Of a stretch of 64,000 nucleotides of DNA, positions 52,950-64,000 are shown piece by piece. Origin of the DNA: Geosiphon pyriformis uo1 (lineage: Eukaryota; Fungi; Glomeromycota). The stretch covers positions 470,582-534,581 of the forward strand of contig JAAOMT010000571.1 in the NCBI GenBank assembly GCA_016748015.1. Direction: 5' to 3'. A model generated the notes under the pieces. That model had not been told where the DNA came from, ran no database searches, and worked only from the letters and a program-made list of their open reading frames with translations. The number at the start of each line of letters is the position of its first letter. Position 1 is the first letter of the stretch. Position numbers and translations under genes: made by a program.

Positions 52950-55900
52950 AATTTAACGTGTTATTGTCAATAATGATGATTGGTCCAGATCTCATGGAAT
53001 CTTTTCTGGTTGGACTAGTATCTTCTGTACTCCTAATTGTGAAATATTACTGATGGATAGTGGTGTAATGTTGTGGTATGGTTTCAGTCGATCTCTATGT
53101 GTTGCTTTGATTAAGATTTTGTTATCCAGTCTTAATTTGTAAGCTCCATTCTCTAGAATTTCTTCTATGTGAAATGGTTCATCTTATTTGAGGTCAAATT
53201 TTCTACTTCATTGTTTTTCTGCTTTGGTACGATGTAAAAGTACTTTGTCTCTAATCTTGAATTCAACTGGTTTGTCTGGTAGTTAATTATCATGTCTTTT
53301 TTTCTGTTTTTCTTGTGACTTTTGTATATTATCAGCTGCTCTTTTTTGTTTGTTTTCCAATGTTTCCATTAAGTCATATGTTTTTCTTAACAATGTTTCT
53401 TAGAAATTCTCTTCTGTTATTGGTTCAGTTGAATATGTGTTAATCTCTATCTCAACTGGTAATGTTGCTGTTCTACTGTATATCAATTCAAATAGTGTTG
53501 TTTGTGTGGTGTCTTATTTCATTGTCTGATAAGCAAATAATACTGATAGTATAAACAAATCCCATTCGTCCTGGTTTTTTTGGCTGAGTTTCACTATTGC
53601 TTTACACAATGTTCTATTAAATCTTTCAACTAATCCATTGGTTTGTGGATGGTATGGTGATGATAGTGGTTTCTTAATTCCGAATCTTTGGCTTAGTTCT
53701 GTTAATGTTTTATTCACAAAATGAGTTTCTTGGTCTGATAATAGTTCTTTTAGACATCCATGTTGACAAATCAGATCTTGATGAACGAATTTGGCAATGG
53801 ATTCTGCATCTGCTCTTTGAATTGCTTTGGCTTCTGGCCATTTAATAAGATAGTCCATGGCTACTGCAATATATCTGTTGCCTCTACTGGTAATTGTTAA
53901 TAGTCCAATTAAATTGATTCAATACAGTCAAATGGTTGTCCTACTTTGATTGGTCTTAATGGTTTGCTGGGTTTTGTTTCTCTTCTTCTTTGACAAACAT
54001 CATAATTTTGCACATATTGGATAATGTCTGGATACATTGATGGCCAATAGTATCTCTTTCTGGTTCTTTTCATGGTTGTTTCTTTATAAAAATGTCCTGT
54101 AGTTGGATCTGAGTGCATGTTGAACAGTATTGTCTCCTTTTTTGGTTCTGTAATTACTCTGGTTGGTTGATCTGAATTTTTTCTATTTTTTTGATAAAGT
54201 ATATTTTGGTGAGTGATAAAATATTTGGATTGTTGTTTGATCCTTTTTTGTTCTGGTTGAGATAATTTCTCCTTGAACTGTTGAGTATCTATATAATGTT
54301 GAAGTTGTTAATATTTTTGTGTGTTTATCTTTTGTTATATTTTCGTGAGTATTGTTTTGGTTTTGTTATATTTTTGGGTTGAAATGTTCTTAAATTTGTC
54401 TCATTCATGACAAACTGTTAGCATTTCCATTGTCTTTTCCCTTTTTATAATGTATGATATAAATATATGTCGAAAGAGCCATTTTTTATCTTGACTGTCT
54501 TCTGTCTCTAAATTCTTGTTTTTGGAGTGATGTCAATCCTTTGTGATCTGTGTACACCTCAAACTTTTGGCTCAAGTATTCTTTCCATTTCATAACTGCT
54601 CAATAGATTGCTAGATGTTCTAATTCTGGTGTTTTATAGTTCTTTTTGGCTGGAGTCAAATCTCAGCTGGCATATGCGACTGGATGTTCTCTTCCATCCA
54701 ATCTTCTCTAAGATAGTACTGCTTCCAATGCTTGACCTGATGCATCAGTGATGATAATGAATGGTTTACTATAATCTAGATAGATCAATACTAAAGCTTG
54801 AATAAGCTTTCTTTTTAAGATGTCAAATGCTTCTTGCTGGGTTTCAGTCCATTCATACTTTGCATTTTTGGTTTGAAGATCATTGAGTGGTTGTGCTATC
54901 TTTGAAAAGTTCTTTATGAAGCATCTATAATAGCTTGCAAATTCCAAGAATGATTTCAGCTCAGTTATATTGGTTGGTATTGAAAAGTTCTTTATTATCT
55001 CTATTTTTTCCAGATCTGTTTTTATGCTGTCTTTGCTAATTATGTGTTCCAAAAATTTTAGTTCTGTTTTGCCAAAAAAACACTTTGTTGCATTCAATTT
55101 TAATCCTGCTCGTCATAGTCTTTCAAACACTTGTTGGAAATAACATAGATGATCATCGAATGTTTTTGAGAACACATTGGTGTCATCCAAGTATACAACT
55201 ACTGATTTCCACAATAAGCCAGTATACATGATTTCCATTAGCTGTTGGAATGTAGCTAGAGCATTGGTTAAGTTAAATGACATAACTTCAAACTCAAAGT
55301 TTCTCTCTCTTGTGATGAATACCATTTTTTCTTTGTCAGTTGAATTCATGGCTACTTGCCAGTACCCACTATCCAAGTCTAATATTGAGAACCATTTGTT
55401 TTTACCAAAAGCATCAAATAGTTCTTGTATCCATGGAGTTAGATAGCTGTCTTCACAAGTTACACCATTGAGTTTCCTGTAATTTACACAAAATTGGATT
55501 TTTCCATTCTTCTTACAGACAAGTACTACTGGTGACAACCATGAACTCATTGATGGCTGAATTAACCCATTGTCAAGCATTCAGTTGATCTCTTGACAGA
55601 TGATTTCATGGCTGGCTGGTGGTACCCTATATGCTTGCTGTTTAATTGGCATTGCATCTCCAGTTTTGATCTGATGCTGAATAATATCAGTTCTGCCAAA
55701 TTTGTTTTCACTGGCAAAGATGTCATTGAAATTATTGAGTAATATCTTTAGTTATATTTGTTGAAATGGGTCTAGATTTCCCATGTTTATCTGTTCCAAT
55801 TGTTCTGGCTGTAACAGATAACATTTGTTTCATCTGTAGATAGTTTGTAATGTAATGTCCACATATCCACAAAGCTGTGGAAAATCTGGAATGCTGTTTG

Positions 55901-58900
55901 GTGCTTGATCTTCAATTTTTGTGGTTAAATATCCAAGAGTGGTTCCTTTTGGTATCTTTACAACATTTCTGGTGTTGTTGTAGATGGAAATTTTGATATG
56001 ATTATGGTTCTTGGCTGGTATGTGTAGATTAATAAGTCCAATTTCTCCTAATTCACAAAAGGTTGCTTCTGCTTCAAAAATCTGTTCTTGCTCCTTTTCT
56101 CTTCTTTCTATTGCTAATATATATCGGCTATATAGTGAAATGTAAATTGTTTAACCAGTTGAGATAATTTTTCCTTGGCCAATAATTTCTTCCTCCACCA
56201 TATTGACTGGTACATCTATTCTACCCATTGATTCAAATCCCTGTATCCCTCTTGCTGTTATTCCTAATTCTTTTTTATTTCCCATTGAAACTAACTGAGC
56301 TATTTTCACCAGAGACAGAAATATTGTCTGTGCTATCCTTTCATTTGGCTCTATAACATAGGTCTTTTCTGAGTTATTTTGTAACATAGCAATGATATTT
56401 TTTACATATCCTGCATCGATTATTCCTCCTCTGATGTTTATTCCCTTTTTTGCTAAACTACTCCTAGATGCTAATTGAACCATTGTTGTTGCTAGAATTT
56501 CCAGTACTATTTTCAAATCGATGCAAGTGTGCAAATGGGATTCCAATTTGATGGTGTTCTTTTCTGAATATCTTAGATCAAATTCTGTATCAGTATTATG
56601 CACACATTCTGGCATGATACCTTTATCATTATCACTGAACCATTTCAGTTCTTGCTTCTTAGTGAGGTCAGAGAGTGCGATATATTGTTCATAGTTTGAA
56701 TCTGAGTTGGAATTATTGTCATTGTTATAGCCATTTTGAACGGAACTGGAACCATTATTTTTGTTATTGTTATTGTCAAAGTTTGAATCAGGGTTGGAAC
56801 TTGATTCCAATTCTGATGTGCAGTTATTGATTGGTTCTTCTTCTTCAGGGATTGTGTAGATCATGTGTGGTGGTGGATTGTAGATGAGATCACAATCATC
56901 ACAGAATTGGAAGTCACATGGAATCAAACAGTGGTCACATAATCGGGTGTTGATTTCTTTTAAGCATTGCTTTTGCTCTTCTCTTGGGAGTGTTAGATTT
57001 TAATAGTGTTTATGAAATTCTTCTGGACTGTTTTCTAAGTTGATAAAGGTGTCCAGGTTGAAAACCAAAACAATGTCTGTTGGTTCTGAAGAGTTATTCT
57101 TAATCTCCAAAATTTCACTGGGCGAAGTGCTTTCTACTTTGGCATTGGCCATTTGCCAGATCTTGTCCTTATCATGTGGATAGCTGTCTAGATGGGATAT
57201 AGCTTGGTGCTATGCTGCTGTAATGGGCATACTACGACTCACTTAGTCGCTGATGAGAATCGTATATTGGCACAAAGTGTCATATGTTTCTCCTTGACCA
57301 GGAATGTTGTTCCACATTCCTTCATTGAGTAATTGTTTGCTGCAAGTGAGACATGGTTTGTTGTCCCACTTGCCTTGTCTTTTTGGGTAGCCATATCATT
57401 CCCTATGGCAGGGCTTGTAATAGTAATGGGTTCATGTCCAGTAGTCTTTGTTTGGTGTTATCCAAGCTCCTATTAAGGACAGTTTCTTTCCACATCCTTG
57501 TATTTAAGAGGTATATATGGTGGCTTTTTTATTGGTTTACATGAATATTTCCTTTCCCAGCCACTAGTTATTTCTCCTGTAGTGGTGGTTTCTTCAGGTA
57601 TGTTTTCTTTCCTTTTTTTCTCTTTTTTCTTGCTCTTTTCTTTCCAATCTAGAATTGGTGGCATCTCACTTTGGTTGTTGTCAGTTCAAGCGTCAATGGT
57701 GGTTTCTCAGGTAGATTCTTCTTTTTGTTTCTCTTTTCCATTGTTGTTGTTGTCCCAGGTGAGTATTGGTGACAGTTCGTTGTGGTCGACATCAGCCCAC
57801 AAGACTTGGTATGCTTTCCAAATAGGTTTTTCTTTTTTTTCTTCTAGTTCTATCAATAGTTCCTTTCTTGAAGGAGCTTTAAAGTGCCCATATATAGCTG
57901 GAGTTCTAACGTGTTGGCCATTCTGGCTAAGCTGGAGTTCTTGCATGGTTCAGTCTAGGACGGCATTGGTCTTAGACAGCCAATTATTTCCAACCAAAGC
58001 TTGGTATTGGGTGGCTTCCATGACCAATACCTTGATAGGTGTGATGAGGCCACTGATTTCAAATGAAAAGTTGTCAATTTCACTGATTGGGGTTTTGGTT
58101 GCTCCATCAGTAGTGATAATTCTCGTGCTGGCAGCTCGGTCAACTTTGCGACCTAATTGGTTCATGAGTTGCTGTATGATGATACTGCCAGCTAATCTAC
58201 TATTTAGGATCAGCTTGATAAGATGACTATCAACTTTTGCATCAGTGTACATAGTGGTAATAGGTTTTTCCTCAAGTGCAGCTCTACTGAATAATGGTGT
58301 TGTCAATGGTGCCTCGAGTTCAAATGGGAAGATTGCTGTCAGTGATTCATTATTGATGACAGTTGCTGGTGGAATATTGTTAGTAAGTATTGTTGGTGGT
58401 TGATATGATTCTGGGTTGTTGGAGGTGGCATCTTCTGGAATAACCAGAAGACTTAAATAGTTCTGAGAATTTGGGTTCTGAATGTGACTGGTGCCTGAAT
58501 TCCGAGATCACGACCCTGATGGTGGGGTTGATAAGCTGAAAATCGGTTGATGGACAACTATCGCCGATCTCCAGTTTTAGGCAACTCTTGATCTGGGGTT
58601 TCCTAATGTTATCTGAGCAGGGTTTGGTAGTGGTGTTTATACTATGGTTGGTTGATATATTATTTGTGGCTGTGGCTGATACATTGTTTGTAGCTGCAGT
58701 TGATAGATGGCCAGTGGTTAATAGACTAAAGTTTAATATATTGGCGGTTGATATATTGGCTGTTATGTTATTGGTAGGTAAGAGTGTTGACTTTGATTTT
58801 GTTGATATCTTGGAGTTTGAAACCAGCAATCAGGGTTTCTATATTGATTTCCCAATTATTGGTTATTTAAATGGATATGACAGTCAATTTGTAGGTGTCC

Positions 58901-60691
58901 TTGTCTTTTACAATAGTGGCATGCACACATTTCTTGTTGTCACTGTGGATTGGTTGATGAGGATAGATGTGACTGATTCTGGAAATGATTGGCATTTCTT
59001 TGATTAATGCGTCATTGTAGAGGTTGATAAATTGCCTGATTGTCAGCTAAGTATCCCTCAATTTTCTGATTGATAGAATCACTGATTTGCTTCAATTTGG
59101 AATCCAAATCAGATGATCCATTTATTACTAAATTTACAGCTTGGGCATAGTTGGCTTCTAGCTCAGCTGCTTCAAAATCTCTAGCTTGAGTGACTGTGGT
59201 GGGGAGGTCAACTGGATACATTAGGCGTACTCATTGGAAGATGCTGCTGCGTAGCTCTCTGATGAACTGATTCAAGATCTGTGGTGCTGTAAAATAATTA
59301 GCTTAGATTGCCTGAATTTGGCATAGATTTCTATAGAAGTGTTCCAAGTAAGTGGTGACTGCTTCTGTGTCTCCTTGTTTGATAGTAGTAAAGGTGTTGG
59401 TCAAGCAATTAATACTATTATTATTATTAAAATATCTTACAAACTCTGTCTTGAAATCATTGAAGGTTTGGGGTTTGGCAACTAGGCTCTAATACTATGA
59501 GTCAGCAGTATCTTTGAGAAAGTATGGAATGGCTTGCATTGCCCTGGCATTATTCTATCCATTGGCTGTAATGGCTTTTTTGACATCATTAAGCCTGACT
59601 TGGGCATCATCTTCTTCACTGGTGAAATTGTCAATTTTGGCAATTAGAGTGTAGGCCATTGGATCTAAGTTTAATTGCTGTTGTTAAATAGGTAACTGAA
59701 GTGGTTGTTGTGGTTGGTAAATCAGCTGCTGGGGTGGTTGTAAATTTTGCTAATTTGGCAGCTGAATTGGTTGGAGCAGTTGTTGTAGTGGCAGTCCAAT
59801 GGGTTCAATTGGTGGGTGATCAATAATGATATTCAGAGGTAAGTTTGGATTAATTACTCTGGGGTTTTGATTGTCTTAATTTAGTGGTGTTCTAATATTC
59901 GGAGTTTTGATTTCGGGGTTTTCTTGATTTGGATTTCTTGGAGTTTGATCATTCGGGGTTTCAAATTCCGGGTTTTCAGGAATCAGGTTTTGGTAAATAA
60001 ACTTTTGATCCTCAGCTTCTTTTTCTTTCTTTTCTTCTGATTCTGTTACTTCCCACGGATCAGAAATTCTGAAATCTGGGGGAGGCAGTAGCAATTGGAG
60101 TCCTGATAGTGTTAATGATCACAAGTTAAATCCTTCAAAATACACGCCGTATGGTCCTAATAACTCTGCTTTCTTTTGTTTACTTTGAAATGGAAATTGT
60201 CCAAATGCTGATGTTGTGTTTGATGTAACCACGCTGGTAGATGTAATATTAATGGCACTTCCAGGTGTATAGTAATATGATAGATTAGTTGAGGACTCAA
60301 CTCTTGTTTTTTTTCAAGTAGGTGGTTGTATTCTTTTGGGTGTTACTGCTGGTGTTTGCAGTTTTTCTTTGCCTTTGCTTACATAAGTAATGGGATATCT
60401 TTGCTGTGTGTGGTGTTCAATTTTTTTGTTGATTTCCATAATGATGAAGGCGAAATTGTGATTTGTTGGCAGGTTGGTATTTTGAATTAATTTACTGTAA
60501 AAGGCTTCTCTTGCTGATTTAATATTTACTGGTGTTCCTAAAAAATGGACAATTTTTTCATTGACATAGAAATTAAAAGCTGATTCCACTAATATGTGGT
60601 TGTGATTTAATCTCAAATGTTGACAGTAGTGTTGAAATAAAGATTTTGTGAATCTTAGATAATTTGCTCCTATGTTTTCTAATTCTGTCAC
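52950..60691 (-). pseudogene. gag-pol pseudogene of D: gag (CHYCKRQGHLQIDC) - protease - CxxC domain - dUTPase - RT (YLDD 55182-55193) - RNase H - integrase (H2C2, DDE, GPY/F)
   Basis: ORF fragments occur in Ty3/Gypsy domain order. Most stops derive from CAA, CAG, CGA or TGG codons. Confidence 0.93.
56221..56615 (-). pseudogene. Trimeric dUTPase domain within pol of D
   Basis: All five motifs are recognisable: TDTEFDL (cf. DAGFDL), RSSLAKKG, GIIDAGY, ERIAQ, RGIQGFESMG (cf. RGxxGFGSTG). Confidence 0.92.
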
Positions 60692-63600
60692 TTTTAGATT
60701 TGTGTTGGTGCTGGTTCTCTGTAGAATTATACCTCACAGGGAGCACCAAATGTTACAGGTGACTATTTCTGGTGTTGGATTAAATAACAAACCTGTAACT
60801 TGGTGCTCAAATCTAGTTGCAGTTAATAGTGATCTGAAGATTTGTGTCTGAAAGGTTTGTATCCAAAGGGTTTGGTTGAGTTTTTTGTATAATGAACAAA
60901 GATTCAATGGTAATAGTTTTATCTGTAGCTTTCCGAAACTGCAGTTTTGTCAATTTTTTTCTCAGCTTGATGGCTGGTATTCCTCCTGGTAAGCTATTCT
61001 CAATCGAGTGTTCTACTCTTATTTCTGGGTCTTTTACCAGTCACGTTTATCCTGATGTTAGTATCCCATGCGTTAATCCTCAATAGAGTTAGTAAACAAC
61101 AATAAAATCAAAGCAAGAAATAAAGAAAAAAAAAAATAAAGAAAGAAAAGAAATAAGCCAAGGTGATTTACAAGTTAGTATTCTGTCAATAGTCATGATC
61201 AAGAGCTATTGTTCCAGTATGGTTAAATATCAATTACTATCAACATGAAGTGTTGATAGTGGCAGCAGATTTGAGATAACAAACAGTTATTTATTTGTGG
61301 TTTGGAAAGTTGTTTAGATAAAATCTAAACTAAGAGGTCTGTCTTTTTAGCTTCTAATCCTACTGCTATATATACATAATTAAGATTCTTCAATTCCTCA
61401 ATTCTTTACAACAGGAATTCTGGAATTTTTAGAATCCTGCAATTCTTTTGAGAGAAATCCTGAAATTCTGAAATCCTGTGATTTCTTGTGAAAATTCTAT
61501 AATTCTTGGAATCCTGTAATTTCTGAGAGGAATTCTGGAATTCCACATTTTACTATGTCTATTTCTGATTGGTTAATAACTATGCTAATATATATTTCTT
61601 ATATTTCTATGAGTAATACCAAAAACACCATTAACATCTCATCAACAGGCACATTCACATCACACGTAACATTAACATTTGGATAACTTCTATTTCAAAA
61701 TAAACAAAAGAAAGCAGAATTACTAGGAACCTATGGCGATTATTTTGAATTTAAATTGTGATTGCCAATGCCATCAAAATTCCGATCACTGCCACCTCCA
61801 TCCAATTTTGGAAATACAAGTCCTTGGAAGATAATGGAATTAGAAGAGAAGGAAGAAGAAGAAGTTGAAGATCAAAAATTTACTTACCAGAACCAATTCC
61901 AGAAAACTTGAACATTAAAACCCCAAACTTTCAGACTTAGCAAGATCCAAATTTAGAAAATCTGGAAGTTAAAACTCCAAATTTTCAAACTCAGCAAAAT
62001 TGGAATGATTGAAACCCCAACATTAATAATCAACAACACTTATCTTCAGTAATCATTATTAATCAACCACTAATTGAAACAATTATTAAACCAATTTAAC
62101 AGTAGCCATTTCAACCACTCTAACAACCACAACAGCTGCTACAATAGCCACAACTATTACTTCAACAGCAAAGAAAATGACACCCAGGCATGGATCAATA
62201 ACATTGCCAAAGCAATCATGACAAATAACTGGGATGACAACAGAGCCTTTCAAGCAATTTTATACTTTTTCCAAGATACTGCCAATTCATGGTATTAAAG
62301 TTTAGCCACCAAACCTCAAATATTCCAGGAATTCAGAATTGTATTCTTGGAATATTTTAGTAATAATAACAGTATTAATCACTTAGCCAACACTTTTATT
62401 ACAATTAAACAGAGAGAAACTAAAGCAGTTACTACTTACTTAGGACGTTTTTACAGGAATTTGCACCAAATTTAAGTAATCCAAGCTGACTATTTTACAG
62501 TGCCACAGATTCTAAACCAGTTTATCTGTGGACTGTGCAGTAGTCTTCTTCAATGTGTATGTCTAATGCACTTACAAACTCTCCAGAACACAGTCACCAA
62601 TGTGAGAGATTTTGAATTGGCAGAACTTGAAGCAAACCATGCCCAAGCCATTAACCTGGTTATAAATAGATCATCTAACTTGGATTCCAAATTGAAACAG
62701 TTCAGTGATTCAATTAATCAGAAATTGAAAGGATACTTAACTGATAATCACACAATTTATCAGCCACCCCAATGATATAATAATTCTGAAAGCATAAATC
62801 GCTCACTAAATTAGTTGTATTCATCATCTTCAACCAATTAGATGTGGTAACAAAAAATGCATGTTTGCTACTACTGTGGTAAACAAGAACATTTGAGAAT
62901 TGACTGTAAGTTAAGACTAGATAACCAATGATTGGGAAATTAATATCAAAACTCTGATTGCAAATTTCAGACTTTAAATTATTAATCAAACCCAGAACTG
63001 TATTAACCAAATTACTTACCTATAACACAACAGTCAATTTATCAACCACCAGTTTATTAGCCAACAACACCAGTAATCTATCAACCACAGTCCCAGTCTA
63101 TTTATTAGCTATAGCCTCAAGTAATCTATCAACTCTAACAAATTCAAACACCATCACAAAACTTACCTCAAAACAGAACCCAAAGGCCAAAACTGACACA
63201 ACAGAGCTGAAGATCATCGATGGTAGTCCATTAACTGATCTCCAGTTTCTCGAACCAGCTATTAGGATCTTGACGATAGAATTTGGGCACCAGGTATATC
63301 CAAAACCTGAATGCTTAATAGTATTTAAGTCTTCTGGTTACCCCAGAAGATGCCTCACCCAACAATTAGAAACCCAAACAGAAACAACTACTTACCAGCA
63401 ATATTCCACCAGCAACCATCTTCAACAACAAATCCCTAGCAGCTATTTTTCTTTTTAAACTAGAAGAAACCACACCAGTCCCATTATTCAGTAAAGCTGC
63501 TTTTGATACCAAACTGATTACTGCCATGTACACTGACATGAAAGTTGATGGTTATGTCATCAAACTGATCCTAAACAGTAGATTAGCTGGCAGCATTATT

Positions 63601-64000
63601 ACATAACAACTTATAGACCAATTAGGTTGCCAAGTTGATTACGCTGCTAGCACATGCATAATTACTGCTGATAGAGCAACCAAAACTCCAATCGGCAAGA
63701 TTGATGACCTCCCTATAGAGGTTAATAGCATCATTGTACCAATCAAAACATTAGTTATGGAGGCTATCCAATATCAAGCACTCATTAGTAATGACTGGCT
63801 GTCCAAAGCCAATACAATGCTTGATTGGAACACCCAAGAGCTCCAGTTTAGTTAAAACGGTTGACACCTACATGTACCAGCCATGTGTGGCCACTTCAAG
63901 TCTATTAACACGACATCAGCTCCACTCATTAAGTTCAAAGAAGAGAAAAAAAAACCTACCTGGGAAGTTTACCAAGTCTTTTGGGCCAACATAGAACACA

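Larger units (their letters stand above)
51436..61618 (-). mobile_element. LTR element D (family A), complete at 10.2 kb and the least decayed copy; TSD CCAG/CCAA
   Basis: 5' LTR 60751-61618, PBS 60732-60750, gag-pol from 60691 to ~52950, 3' ORF 52264-52923, PPT 52251-52263, 3' LTR 51436-52250. Confidence 0.95.
50115..64000 (+). mobile_element. LTR element G (family A): 5' LTR 50115-50942, PBS 50943-50961, gag 51005-51435 resuming at 61619 after element D, knuckle ~62866, protease ~63565; runs off the window
   Basis: Intact PBS TTTGGTGCTCCCTGTGAGG. The gag is homologous to elements 1 and D. CYYCGKQEHLRIDC and LILNSRLAGSII are present. Confidence 0.9.

Noticed and set aside
57498-58226. 242-aa hydrophobic plus-strand ORF and other antisense ORFs over genes and elements (e.g. 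74-430, 3513-3842, 58588-59007)
   Set aside because: These are antisense shadows of real coding frames with no independent motifs.
58380-58829. S/T/N-rich ORF (also 62958-63458) suggesting a gag-pol programmed frameshift
   Set aside because: The zinc-knuckle frame continues as a Q/P-rich sequence (IYQPP...NWRSAIVVHQ...QNYLSLLVIPED) straight into protease once TAA is read as CAA. The listed ORF is a shadow frame left open by the mutation bias.
60986-61040. Hammerhead ribozyme in the LTR three-way junction
   Set aside because: No CUGANGA/GAAA core in the right positions on either strand.
60751-61090. Apparent ORF within family-A LTR U5 (MHGILTSG...ENSLPGGIPAIKLRKKL)
   Set aside because: Indels between LTR copies are not multiples of three; conservation is better explained by RNA structure.

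Overview
AT-rich, intron-containing fungal DNA. From recalled protein families it most resembles Glomeromycotina, Geosiphon-like (an inference, not a database result). The window has two sharply different halves. Bases 1-~19.9 kb are a gene island with CpG retained: SRP receptor alpha, NAP1, a divergently transcribed pair (an orphan with a possible degenerate TALE/HD1-like C-terminus, and a clear WFQNRR homeodomain gene), a second orphan, and ATG4. Bases ~20.1-64 kb are one nest of dead retroelements, up to five levels deep: a LINE containing eight Ty3/Gypsy-type LTR insertions from about five LTR families, reconstructed from LTR termini, PBS/PPT and 4-bp target-site duplications. The whole nest shows heavy post-insertion C->T/G->A hypermutation (RIP-like). 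The LTR elements have an unusual architecture: a single gag-pol frame, a multi-CxxC domain plus dUTPase between protease and RT, no chromodomain, a conserved non-Env ORF 3' of integrase, a PBS matching elongator tRNA-Met, CpG/YpR-centred target sites and covarying RNA structures in the LTR. Element names (1, B-G) are my own labels. All coordinates were derived by hand.
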